Origin: Deltaproteobacteria bacterium
GTDB taxonomy: Bacteria > Desulfobacterota > GWC2-55-46 > JADFVP01
Direction: 5' to 3'
DNA length: 54,177 bases
Assembly (NCBI GenBank): GCA_024275045.1
Contig: JAJRZX010000041.1
Coordinates: forward strand, 1 to 54,177
The notes beneath the pieces were generated by a model, which was not told where the DNA came from, made no database searches, and saw only the letters and a program-made list of their open reading frames with translations. Position numbers and translations under genes: made by a program. Below are positions 39,058-48,378 of the stretch, one piece after another. Each line of letters opens with the position of its first letter. Within the stretch, counting starts at the first letter, position 1.

Positions 39058-39578
39058 TGAAAACTCTAAGGATAATTATATTGGGCACTCTTATGGCCCT
39101 TATTGCGCCGGCCATGGCTCATGCATGGCCCTGGTCCTGGGATATGTACCACCAGAAAAATCACAGGGCACAGGAAGAGCCGGCGCCCAAGCAGCCCGAG
39201 GGTATTGTAAACACAGAGGGTAAACCCTTCTTTGCCAATGACAGGGTGGAGTCCTCGGCCATTAAAAGTCCCGTTGCACCTGATGCCGCCTCCATAAAAA
39301 GAGGACGTAAAATGTACAGGACATATTGCCTGCCCTGTCACGGCGCAACAGGGCACGGAGACGGGCTTGTAGGTATAAAGTACATACCTCCAACGGACCT
39401 TACCATGGATTATGTTCAGAATAAACTGGACGGAGATATCTTCTATACCATTACCAACGGCGGTCTGGCTGTCATGCCTTCTTACAGGGACTCAGTATCA
39501 AAGACGGACAGGTGGCATATAATAAATTATATCAAGCACGGTCTAACCAGCGAAAAGACGGCGAAGAAAGATGAATAA
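39054..39578 (+). CDS. actE: Monoheme cytochrome c ActE
   Basis: Signal peptide, DMYHQ, YCLPCHG..G.GDG, DGDIFYTITNG, MPSY, DRWHIINYI. Confidence 0.88.
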   Translation: MMKTLRIIILGTLMALIAPAMAHAWPWSWDMYHQKNHRAQEEPAPKQPEGIVNTEGKPFFANDRVESSAIKSPVAPDAASIKRGRKMYRTYCLPCHGATGHGDGLVGIKYIPPTDLTMDYVQNKLDGDIFYTITNGGLAVMPSYRDSVSKTDRWHIINYIKHGLTSEKTAKKDE

Positions 39579-40752
39579 ATACGGCTTCAGGTCCATGTTA
39601 CTACCGGTCCTCCTTATAATTCTGGCAAATGCTATCTTTACCTTTGCCTATGTGGCCTCAACCAATAGCGAGAGTCAGACCCTCTGGGGGCTGCTGGCTG
39701 TTAATTATCTCTTTTTTCTCGGCCTTACTCAGACAGGCATTATCTTCTCCACTATCATGCGTGTGGCAAAATCCACATGGGCCACTTATTTCAACCGTCT
39801 CGGAGAGATACTCACGCTTGCCACTTTGCCTGTTGCCGTTATAGGCTTTCTGGTGCTTTTTTACGGCGGAGCAGAGCATCTTTTCTACTGGATGGGCGCT
39901 CACGGCGGCGAGGCCGCAGGTCACGGAGGCGGCGAGATGAGCCCCTGGCTTAACAAAAACTTTTTCCTCTGGAGATACGTAGCCACAATGGTGCCGTTTT
40001 ATTTCCTGAGCTACCTGTACTTTCGCGGCAGCCGCGCTGAAGAGACTCACAGAGAGGTGCCGAATTGTCTTAGAGTAAAGATGAGTTTTCTCGGCGGTTT
40101 TATTATGTTCTTCTACGTCTTTGCCAATACCAATCTGGCCTGGGACTTTGCCATGATGAACATCCCCCACTGGGAGAGCACAATATTTCCCGGTTACTAC
40201 TGGGTGGGTAATCTCCTCGTAGGCCCGGCTTTTCTCTTTATACTTGCCCGTGTATTTATCGGCAGAAGACCCGGCGTACCTTTTGACCTTGATTACATCG
40301 AGCCTATGGGTAAGCTGCTCATGGGTTTCACCCTGACGTGGATATACATGTTCTGGTCTCAGCACATAGTCATGTGGTACCCTGAGCTCTCGCACAGGTA
40401 CGGCCCTCTCCTTGAGAGGATGAGCGGAAACTATCTCCTTGTTTTCGTGGCCATGATGCTGGCCTTATTTATCATTCCATTCTTTATGCTTGTATTCCGC
40501 AGGATAAAACTTACTGTCTTCGGCCTTACCACAGTGGCTGTTATATTATGTTTTGGTATGTGGCTGAACCGTTACCTCATGATTATACCCACCTACTCCG
40601 ACGGCTCTACACCAACGCTTGGGACTTATGTCAATATATCCCTTGCCCTGGGTTTTATTTCCGCGGCCCTGCTCTCTCTTATATGTTTTTTCAGGCTTTT
40701 TCCCGACGTTACCATAAGAGCGAAAGGCGCAGCCCCATCCAAGGGGCATTGA
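39571..40752 (+). CDS. actF: ActF membrane subunit (NrfD paralog)
   Basis: About 10 TM segments, PWLNKNFF, WDFAMMNIPHWESTIF, W.YMFWSQHIVMWY; last gene of the act operon. Confidence 0.85.
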   Translation: MNKYGFRSMLLPVLLIILANAIFTFAYVASTNSESQTLWGLLAVNYLFFLGLTQTGIIFSTIMRVAKSTWATYFNRLGEILTLATLPVAVIGFLVLFYGGAEHLFYWMGAHGGEAAGHGGGEMSPWLNKNFFLWRYVATMVPFYFLSYLYFRGSRAEETHREVPNCLRVKMSFLGGFIMFFYVFANTNLAWDFAMMNIPHWESTIFPGYYWVGNLLVGPAFLFILARVFIGRRPGVPFDLDYIEPMGKLLMGFTLTWIYMFWSQHIVMWYPELSHRYGPLLERMSGNYLLVFVAMMLALFIIPFFMLVFRRIKLTVFGLTTVAVILCFGMWLNRYLMIIPTYSDGSTPTLGTYVNISLALGFISAALLSLICFFRLFPDVTIRAKGAAPSKGH

Positions 40753-40938
40753 AGAGTGCGTACTTTACGGGAGTCTGAAGGCTGTACTATCTGTATTTTA
40801 CAGCTCTGATTACAGCGCGGCGTGAGCAGAGTGGGATGAATTAATACCTTTTAAAATAAAGAGGCCGTACTTCGCAGGCACTCTTCAAAGGGTTGTAATA
40901 AAAACCCCTGAAATAAGGCGAAATGGCCTTAATAAGTC

Positions 40939-40967
40939 TTGACACCAAAGTTAGCTTTTAGTAATAT
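40939..40967 (+). promoter_or_regulatory. Sigma70 promoter of stand-alone atpE
   Basis: TTGACA-17-TAATAT, followed by AAGGAGG RBS before ATG 41042. Confidence 0.65.
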
Positions 40968-41041
40968 TTAGCCTCATAAAACAATATCAACCCTCTCTAC
41001 GACAGAGATGGTGCGGAAACCTTAAGGAGGGAAAATCTGTT

Positions 41042-41407
41042 ATGAAAAAGAGTTTAATATTTTTACCGGCACTGGCCCTTTTAACGCTCGTACTCGTACC
41101 TGATGTATGGGCCGAGGGAGCCGAAGGCGCGCATCAGGCCGCGGGTAACGCAAAGATACTGTTCTTTACAGGCGTAGGCATGGCCGCGGCAATAGGTATG
41201 GCCATTGCTTCCTTTGGTACCGGTCTTGGTAAGGGTAACGCCGTAAGAGGCGCTGTTGAAGGAATCGCAAGAAACCCCGGCGCATCGGGTAAGATTCTCT
41301 CAACACTGCTTATCGGTCTTGCCATGATAGAGTCCCTTGCCATATACACTCTCGTCATAGCCCTCATACTTCTCTTCGCTAACCCTTTCCTCGGATTAAT
41401 CGGCTAA
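41042..41407 (+). CDS. atpE: F-type ATP synthase subunit c with N-terminal signal-like extension, orphan copy
   Basis: GxGxG helix, EGIARNP loop, [11 protein letters not shown] with carboxylate Glu97, LFANPF end. Confidence 0.95.
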   Translation: MKKSLIFLPALALLTLVLVPDVWAEGAEGAHQAAGNAKILFFTGVGMAAAIGMAIASFGTGLGKGNAVRGAVEGIARNPGASGKILSTLLIGLAMIESLAIYTLVIALILLFANPFLGLIG

Positions 41408-41449
41408 AGGCCGCAGATGAACGGGTGAGTCAAGGTGTATGAGTCAAAG

Positions 41450-41490
41450 GGGGAGTGAGGGAAAACGGGGAGTGAGGGAAAAGGGGGAGC
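41450..41490 (+). repeat. Short G/A-rich tandem repeat
   Basis: GGGGAGTGAGGGAAAA at 41450-41465 and 41467-41482, then a partial third copy. Confidence 0.7.
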
Positions 41491-41666
41491 AGTAGAAGGT
41501 AATATAAGGCGTTTTGTGGTGGGGGGAGGGGAGCAAGGATGTACAGGGGCATTGGTACACTCACTCAAGGGTGGGGGCAAAGCCGAACGAGTCATCGCTC
41601 TCTTAACACAGCGCTCTGATTATCAGTACCACATACTTTGTTCTGTTTTTTTTGAAAATATATGAG

Positions 41667-41699
41667 AAGGCTCTGTCATCTGAGGCAGGGCCTTTTTTT
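41667..41699. terminator. Hairpin terminator between convergent genes
   Basis: AAGGCTCTGTC-ATCTGA-GGCAGGGCCTTTTTTT. Confidence 0.6.
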
Positions 41700-42588
41700 A
41701 GTGGCCTTTAAGCAGGACTTCCTCTATCTCTGTCTCCCGCTCACTGTCTACGGCAACCTTATGATTAAACTCCAGAAAACTCTCTCTGGTTATCTTAAGT
41801 CTGTATATGCCGGGCTTTAAGTAAAGGCGCTGCGGGCTAAGCCCGTAGTATATACCGTTAAGGTAGATCTTTGCCCTTTCAGGCTCAGTCGTGATACTTA
41901 GTACTCCCCTTGAAATCTTCTGATGATTATCCGCTCTTGTCTCTATCGCAAAACTCTTATTGCCGTATGAACTTTGCCCTGACTCTCTATCTCTTAAGGC
42001 AAGCTCAGTACGGGTGAGGGCTTTTTTTATAACTTTTTCAAGAGACGCGGAGATATATTTTTTGATGCTCCTTCTGGAATCACCGGATACGCCTGCGTAT
42101 CTGCTCTCTGATATATCGACAATTCCGCTACAAATATTTACGTTACTGCCAACCCTCTTAAACTCCATGTACAGAGTTATATTAATCCTGTCTTTTGAGG
42201 CAATCTCAAGGTGAAACTTTTGCAGCTCTGTCTTTAGTTCATACTCGATTTTTTTTTTACCAGAGCTCTCTGCCACGGTGAATCCACCACGGGTAAACCC
42301 GGCAATCATGGCCTCGTGTACTGCCACGGCAGGGTTTTCTGATAAGATAAGCTCATTACCTGATATATTAACTACCGTGGAGCGAAGTTCGCCTATCTTA
42401 TTTATATTATTTATTGCACCGCGGCTGTCTTGCACCGGTGCGATGTATATGGAGAGTCCGTTTTTATTCTCAGGCACGGGTGCGTTCTTTGAAGGTGTAT
42501 AGGCATACTGCAGCGGTGCGCCGCAGCCGAATGCAAGGGCGCTTAAGATGATTAAGAGGTAAATATTGCTGTATACTCTGTTTTTCAT
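41698..42588 (-). CDS. Lipoprotein with YajG-like region and C-terminal PEGA domain
   Basis: Lipobox LAFGC; C-terminal LSITTEPERAKIYLNG.YYG.SP..L.LKPG.Y.LKI (PEGA). Confidence 0.75.
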   Translation of the reverse strand: MKNRVYSNIYLLIILSALAFGCGAPLQYAYTPSKNAPVPENKNGLSIYIAPVQDSRGAINNINKIGELRSTVVNISGNELILSENPAVAVHEAMIAGFTRGGFTVAESSGKKKIEYELKTELQKFHLEIASKDRINITLYMEFKRVGSNVNICSGIVDISESRYAGVSGDSRRSIKKYISASLEKVIKKALTRTELALRDRESGQSSYGNKSFAIETRADNHQKISRGVLSITTEPERAKIYLNGIYYGLSPQRLYLKPGIYRLKITRESFLEFNHKVAVDSERETEIEEVLLKGH

Positions 42589-42791
42589 TCTCTTCCCAAA
42601 AGCTATGTTAGTGCCAGTAAGAAGGGGACAGGCCGAGGCGCTTACATGAAACTCTTGCCTCTATCTGTCCCCCTTTTTTCTTTTCCCCTTCAACCCTTTG
42701 CCCCAATTCTCTTAAAGAGCCTAAGCGCCCCTTTTGTCCATATTACCCTTGCTTTTAAGTACCCATTGCCTCTTTGAACCTGCCCTGTACC

Positions 42792-44018
42792 TTAAAAGGC
42801 AGCGAAGATCATTAAGGTTGTAAGCTGGTCTCCGTTGGCCAATTCGTTATTGGCAGGGATATCAAAGAAGTCACCTGAGTTAAAGCTGTGGTTTACCTGC
42901 AGCTCGAAGTTCTGTGCCAGCAGGAAGGTTGCGCCCACTGTTACGGCGGACTCTGTGCTTGGACCTATGGCCCCGGAGTTACCATCGCGGTAACCCGCTG
43001 CAACGGTGACTCTTCCCGGCAGTACACCAACCTCGGCAAGTACAGACCAGGCTCTCTTGTCACCGGGGTTGCTGTTGAAAATATTCATGGGTTCGTTTGC
43101 TGTTGAGCCCTGGGCCTCGGCATAGTTAAGATAGATACCAATTGGCAGGCTCAGTATAGAGCCCTGGGCCTGCGCGTCCAAGGCCCAGCCTCTGGCGCTC
43201 TCGCGTGTGCCGTTGCCGAGTTTTGTTGTGCCCAGAAAGAGCTGACCTCCTGCGGCAAGGTCCCAGCCCGCAAGTGTACGTGTGCCCACAAGGCGCAGGT
43301 ACTGGAGGAAGGGCCCTGAGTCAGAGGTGCCCGCCTCAGGCTGCCATGGAGTAAAACTAAAGTAGCCCGTGTTGTGAGAGGCCACAAAGGCTACGCCCTG
43401 CGCCGCGTGTTTCAGACCTACGTATTGAATGGCTGAGATCTCGGCCTTATGTTCAAGGACGCGTATATTGGCTACTGCCCCGGTGTTGAGCAGCTCAAAG
43501 GCAAACTGCGGGCCAAGACCGGCCGTGGCAAAGGGGACAACGCTAAAGTGAGCGCTCTTTACATCAAAGCCTATAGGTGCCTTGAAGTTAGCGAACATGG
43601 AGCTGCCGGAGTCTGCCATCTGCCCCTCAAGGAGAAAGCCGATGCGTTCGCCGATGCGCCCGGCGAGAAAGAGCGCGGCCTCATCTGGAAACTGTAACTC
43701 ACCCTTATTGGTACCCGAGTCGTTCACGTCTCCATTGGTCTTCTGAAAACGTACCTTTGTAACTATGGAAGCGTTCAGAGTTGCCGGCAGGGAGAGGAGA
43801 TCGCCTTCCACAAGGCTCTGGCCCCCTACCATGGTAAAGCCGTTTGCCTTAAAGACCCTGCCAAAGGCGTTAAGGCTCGGGTAGTGCTGGTAGTGACAGG
43901 TATTGCATGCCATACCCGTCTGTCTTGCAAAAGAAGGGATAGCCCAGGAGACATCAGGCCATAGAGATAGGATCGTCAGCATAATCGCGGTGAAGGTAAA
44001 AAAGATGAACTTTTTCAT
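42792..44018 (-). CDS. cyc2: Cyc2-type fused monoheme cytochrome-porin (candidate outer-membrane Fe(II) oxidase)
   Basis: Signal peptide, then AIPSFARQTGMACNTCHYQHYPSLNAFGRVFKANGF (PxFARQT, CxxCH, PxLxxFG), amphipathic beta-strand body and C-terminal Phe. Confidence 0.88.
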   Translation of the reverse strand: MKKFIFFTFTAIMLTILSLWPDVSWAIPSFARQTGMACNTCHYQHYPSLNAFGRVFKANGFTMVGGQSLVEGDLLSLPATLNASIVTKVRFQKTNGDVNDSGTNKGELQFPDEAALFLAGRIGERIGFLLEGQMADSGSSMFANFKAPIGFDVKSAHFSVVPFATAGLGPQFAFELLNTGAVANIRVLEHKAEISAIQYVGLKHAAQGVAFVASHNTGYFSFTPWQPEAGTSDSGPFLQYLRLVGTRTLAGWDLAAGGQLFLGTTKLGNGTRESARGWALDAQAQGSILSLPIGIYLNYAEAQGSTANEPMNIFNSNPGDKRAWSVLAEVGVLPGRVTVAAGYRDGNSGAIGPSTESAVTVGATFLLAQNFELQVNHSFNSGDFFDIPANNELANGDQLTTLMIFAAF

Positions 44019-44265
44019 GATACCTCCTTGTTCATATGTGTCTCTCTTGACGGTAGGTGTCTGGCGGGCTGTGGATGCGAAAAGTTGTTGGGACTAAATG
44101 GCACAAAGGTCATGCCATACTTAATATTAATATAAATATCGGTTCTTTTGAGAAGGACTTTAATTATGAATGCTCTCGCTGGGCCTAACCTTAGATATTG
44201 ACAGTATGGTGGTTTTTTGTTTTGATATAAGTCCAGCAGGAAACCACCTCGCTCTCTTTTATATT

Positions 44266-44352
44266 GCCCGAGTGGCGGAACTGGTAGACGCACGGGACTT
44301 AAAATCCCGAGTCTTAACGGACGTGCCGGTTCGACCCCGGCCTCGGGCACCA
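44266..44352 (+). tRNA. tRNA-Leu (anticodon TAA)
   Basis: GCCCGAG/CTCGGGC acceptor stem, D-loop GGTAGAC, anticodon loop CTTAAAA, long variable arm, GGTTCGAC T-loop, encoded CCA. Confidence 0.96.
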
Positions 44353-44933
44353 TCTTTTCTTAATACTTTATACAGACCTGCAAAGTGATTGAAGGTTGCT
44401 CTTGCTTGCGCAGCTTGCACAGTGGCAGCGGCTCACGTCATGCGTACCTGTTCACTATTTCGGTTTAAAATAATTAAAAGCTTATAAATAACAATTCGTT
44501 AGCTGCTAAAGTATCTCCTTCGTCAGGCACCCTCCGGTCTCTTGAAAATCCATACCGATTGAGCCCGTGCACAAGCTCCCGGCATTGGGCGCTTATATTG
44601 CATTAAATTGTTTTCTTATATCAGGGCATGTGCTGTTACACATGCATAGATAGCTTGCGCTAAAAGCTTTAATCTGGTAATATAAAAAACACGTATCCTC
44701 TTGTGGGGTACGTAGCTGTATATCTTCTTGTAACCCTAAATACCTCAAACAACAATCAGGTGCCTTACCTCCGTAGTTTTTCCCTCACCGGATATTAACT
44801 GCCGATATTCCTGTACAGGCGATGAGCTGTTGTGAAAATTATGCCGGTGCCGGTCATGGAAGTTAATCACATAAGACATCTTTAAATATTTTCAGTGGTT
44901 TTAACGAACAGGCAACCTTGATGAGGTCTTCCC

Positions 44934-46352
44934 TTGGCCATTGCAAAATCCGTAGAAAAACTTCTGGTACGGTATAAGAGTTTTTTTCCCTATATACATG
45001 CGCTCATGTTTCTTGTTTTCGGGGCATTGATCTTTATCCCTGCCTTTCTGCCCTTTCCGGGAGATGAGGCCACGATTGGGAATAATTTTACACTCTTCGC
45101 CAGATTTGCCGTCTGGGGGCTATGGTTCCCCTTGATGCTGGTCTCGGTTATATTCTTTGGCAGGCTCTGGTGCGGGCTTTTATGTCCGCAGGGAGCGCTT
45201 AGCGAGTTTATGAGCCGATGGGGGCTAAACAGGCACGTGCCAAAGTGGATGCGTAGGGCATGGATACCCATAGCGGCATTTTTGGTAATAACCATTACCG
45301 GCAAGCTTCTTGGTGTAGACGAGTTTCCGCTGGGTACCTTTGAGATACTCGGGACCACTATGGTGCTCGCGGCCATTGTGGGGTTTTTATATGTAAGGGG
45401 CATGAGGCCCTGGTGCCGCTATCTCTGTCCCATTGGGGCGCTGCTTGGAGTGTTCTCACGTATGGGAGCGGTAAGTTTTGAGAGAACTGAAGACCATGGT
45501 GAGGCCGCAGCAGAGAGACGAAGAGAGGGATGGGATAGAAGGGGCAAGAGTGAGAATTCTTACAGAGGGCCTGAGCGGCGAAAGTGTCATAGAAGAACCA
45601 ATATATGTCCCACATTTATAAACCCCAATACAAAGGCTGCCAGTTCACACTGCATTGAATGTTTTAAATGCGTTAATAAGGATAACCAACCGTACTCACT
45701 TCACCTTAAGCTCAGGCGCCCGGGTGTGGAGATTGAGGAGATAGAGAAAAGGGATCCCAACAGGTGGGAGGTTATATTCCTCTTCGCGGCTACTGGTCTG
45801 GGGCTTGGTGATTTTCACAGCGAGGCGGGCACTTTCTTTGCAAAGTACACGGCTGCGCTGGGCACGCTCCTTGGCAAACTTGGCCTTGCCGAACTCATGG
45901 GCAGAAGCGGGCCGCGGTGGCTCATGATGAATTACCCTGAATACGGCGAGGTGCTCACGTGGTCAGACTCTGTAGCTTTAATAACATTCATCACCGCGTT
46001 CATGCTTGGCGTACTGTTTATCTTATACGCACTTACCGCTACCTCGGCCTTTATCCTTGATAAGTACAGGGATAACCTGGCCCTGGGTTATCTTTACGCT
46101 CCCATTGCTCTGGTCTCCCTTGTGGTGGGTGTTGGCGGGGTAATCTTCAGTACCCCCGATGTTTTTGGTTTAAGCGAGAGCGTGGTCCACGTTGCGGAGG
46201 CTGCAACCTTTGCGCTTGGAGGGCTGTGGAGTCTATACCTTGCCCTTAAGCTTACGGCCCATGCCTCTGCGGCACGTCAGGCCATGGCAATGGCTCCAAA
46301 CCTCCTTGGCATCACGGTGGTAGCTTTTCTGTGGTTTCAGGTACTTTTTTAG
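44934..46352 (+). CDS. Membrane polyferredoxin of the NapH/FtrD family
   Basis: NNFTLFA.F..WGLW.P, GRLWCGLLCPQGALSE, RPWCRYLCPIG, CPT...CIECFKC; many TM helices. Start codon uncertain. Confidence 0.8.
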   Translation: MAIAKSVEKLLVRYKSFFPYIHALMFLVFGALIFIPAFLPFPGDEATIGNNFTLFARFAVWGLWFPLMLVSVIFFGRLWCGLLCPQGALSEFMSRWGLNRHVPKWMRRAWIPIAAFLVITITGKLLGVDEFPLGTFEILGTTMVLAAIVGFLYVRGMRPWCRYLCPIGALLGVFSRMGAVSFERTEDHGEAAAERRREGWDRRGKSENSYRGPERRKCHRRTNICPTFINPNTKAASSHCIECFKCVNKDNQPYSLHLKLRRPGVEIEEIEKRDPNRWEVIFLFAATGLGLGDFHSEAGTFFAKYTAALGTLLGKLGLAELMGRSGPRWLMMNYPEYGEVLTWSDSVALITFITAFMLGVLFILYALTATSAFILDKYRDNLALGYLYAPIALVSLVVGVGGVIFSTPDVFGLSESVVHVAEAATFALGGLWSLYLALKLTAHASAARQAMAMAPNLLGITVVAFLWFQVLF

Positions 46353-46413
46353 GTCTATAATCTTACTCCTTTTAAACTCTGCTGTAGGTGCGCATGCGTG
46401 CCTTCTCCTTTTG

Positions 46414-46447
46414 TAAAGTGCCCGAGACCATGGTCTCGGGCACTTTA
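46414..46447. repeat. Perfect 34-bp palindrome
   Basis: TAAAGTGCCCGAGACCA|TGGTCTCGGGCACTTTA. Confidence 0.9.
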
Positions 46448-46785
46448 ACTCTCACCCCCTTTTTTACCTGCAAATGCCCACTTCTTCGTAAGACAGAACA
46501 CTCTGCCAGACAGTGGTAAAATAAAAAAATCCGTGTAAAAACACCGGTGCTTTACGGATTATAAGACCTTGAAGTAATCCTCCTGGATTTTTTTCTCCTC
46601 TTTTACGCAGGGCTTGCTGCGTTTTTTTCCGGCATAAACAAAGGTCCTGTAAGTATATGATATTTCAGGTGAAACCCCGTGGCCATCTCTGCTTATGCCC
46701 GGTTTTTTAAATAAAAACAGTACTTTTAAGAGCCAACTTGTCTTAAATTATCACCTTTTATTTTGTTTTTTTCCTCTCCAAACCT

Positions 46786-46794
46786 TGCTATAAT
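46786..46794 (+). promoter_or_regulatory. Extended -10 element upstream of the NrfC/NrfD module
   Basis: TGCTATAAT; inverted repeat AAGCATA-N12-TATGCTT follows at 46824-46849. Confidence 0.45.
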
Positions 46795-46999
46795 TCAAAG
46801 TACAGAATTAGGGCAATGTACAAAAGCATATATCTTGAATTGTATGCTTCAGGGGGTACGGGGTTTTTGGCGGCATGTACGGGGCCTGAACTCTCTCGCA
46901 AAGGCTCTCAAAGGGTACTGAGTTTTATCTCCCTGTATTATGAGGTTCTGTGGTACCGCAGGTGGTGCGAGGTTTTTTAAGCATAAGGAGGGGGATCAT

Positions 47000-47311
47000 A
47001 TGGCTGAGTGTAAAGACAAACCCGTTGAATCTGTAGATAAGAGCTTGAGTAATAAGTTGGAAAAAAATATGACGAGGCGTAGTTTTATTAAGAGCACCGT
47101 GGTTGCCGGGCTCGCAGTTGCCGGCGGAGCCGCGGTAGCTAAAAAAACAATGCAGGCGGTTCTGAAGGAGGACACCAAAAAACTCTACAGAGCGGATGAG
47201 CTGGGTGTTGAGCGTACCTGGAAAGACAGAAAGTTTGAACTCATGAGCAAGAACGAGAAGGCAGAGATGGTCTCCGCTCTTATTGACTCTTATGAATCGG
47301 TAAAAAAATAA
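47000..47311 (+). CDS. Small protein with twin-arginine-like signal, unknown function
   Basis: AAGGAGGGG RBS before ATG 47000; MTRRSFIKS followed by a hydrophobic segment. Confidence 0.75.
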   Translation: MAECKDKPVESVDKSLSNKLEKNMTRRSFIKSTVVAGLAVAGGAAVAKKTMQAVLKEDTKKLYRADELGVERTWKDRKFELMSKNEKAEMVSALIDSYESVKK

Positions 47312-47355
47312 GCGCGTTTTCTGTAATATCAATAATATCAGCGGAAGAGGTTTTC

Positions 47356-48369
47356 ATGACAAAAGAGAATAAAAAGGGACCAGAGACTGATTCTCCAGGG
47401 GCAGGGAAACGCCGTAAGTTCCTTAAGGATATGGGTAAAGTTGGTATTGCCGCGGCCATACTCGGAGCCACCGAGGGGCTCTCGGCAAAGGAAGCCGATG
47501 CGCGTACAACATGGGCCGAGTACTTTCAGAAGAACTACAGGCTTATGACGGATGATGAGAAGAAAGAGGCCATCGCACGGCTTGAGGAAAGGTACACTGA
47601 GGAGTTCAAAAAAAATGTCACTGTAGACGATACTCCGGCCATGGAAGGGGTGCTCTTTGGCATGGCCCTTAATATCCAGAAGTGCATTGGGTGCAGAAGG
47701 TGCGTTTACGGCTGTGTTAAGGAGAACAACCAGTCACGCTCTGAGAAACAGATTCAGTGGATAAGGGTTATTGAGATGGAGAAGGGGAGCTTTTCTCCCA
47801 AAAAGCTGCAGGATGGAAATATTCAGACAGGGGCCTTTGCCGGAGAGAATGCCGGTGTTACCCTTGAGGGAGAGCACTACTACGAGCCTCCCCGTGTCCC
47901 GGAAAAAGGGCATTTTTACTTCCCCATAGCCTGTATGCAGTGTGAAAAACCCCCCTGTGTCAAGGTCTGTCCGGCGCGCACAACATACCGTGAGCCCGAC
48001 GGCGTAGTTGTTATCGACTACAACTGGTGTATTGGTTGCAGGATGTGCATTACCGCATGTCCGTACTGGGCAAGGCGCTTTAACTGGGGTACGCCTGAAC
48101 TGCCCACAGAAGAGCTTAATCCCGTGACCCACTATCTGGGAAACCGTCCAAGGATGATGGGGGTAGCAGAGAAGTGCACCTTCTGTCTACAGAGGACAAG
48201 AAAAGGCAGGTTCACGGCATGCGTTGAGGCCTGTCCCGTGGGAGCCCGCAAGTTTGGCAACCTTCTCGACCCTGAGAGCGAGGTGCGCAAAGTTATAGAG
48301 AAAAAGAGGGTCTTCAGGCTGAAAGCTGAGCTAAATACATACCCTAAATTCTTTTATTTTATAGATTAA
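47356..48369 (+). CDS. Tat-exported 4x[4Fe-4S] subunit (NrfC/PsrB/DsrO family)
   Basis: KRRKFLK, CIGCRRC..C, CMQCEKPPCVKVCP, CIGCRMCITACPY, EKCTFC..ACVEACP. Confidence 0.9.
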   Translation: MTKENKKGPETDSPGAGKRRKFLKDMGKVGIAAAILGATEGLSAKEADARTTWAEYFQKNYRLMTDDEKKEAIARLEERYTEEFKKNVTVDDTPAMEGVLFGMALNIQKCIGCRRCVYGCVKENNQSRSEKQIQWIRVIEMEKGSFSPKKLQDGNIQTGAFAGENAGVTLEGEHYYEPPRVPEKGHFYFPIACMQCEKPPCVKVCPARTTYREPDGVVVIDYNWCIGCRMCITACPYWARRFNWGTPELPTEELNPVTHYLGNRPRMMGVAEKCTFCLQRTRKGRFTACVEACPVGARKFGNLLDPESEVRKVIEKKRVFRLKAELNTYPKFFYFID

Positions 48370-48378
48370 GAGGTGTAA

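Noticed and set aside
44015-44388. ORFs overlapping 44266-44352
   Set aside because: Spurious translations across the tRNA-Leu gene.
44353-44930. Prophage or integrative element at tRNA-Leu
   Set aside because: No integrase, transposase or phage gene in the window and no long repeat of the tRNA 3' end.
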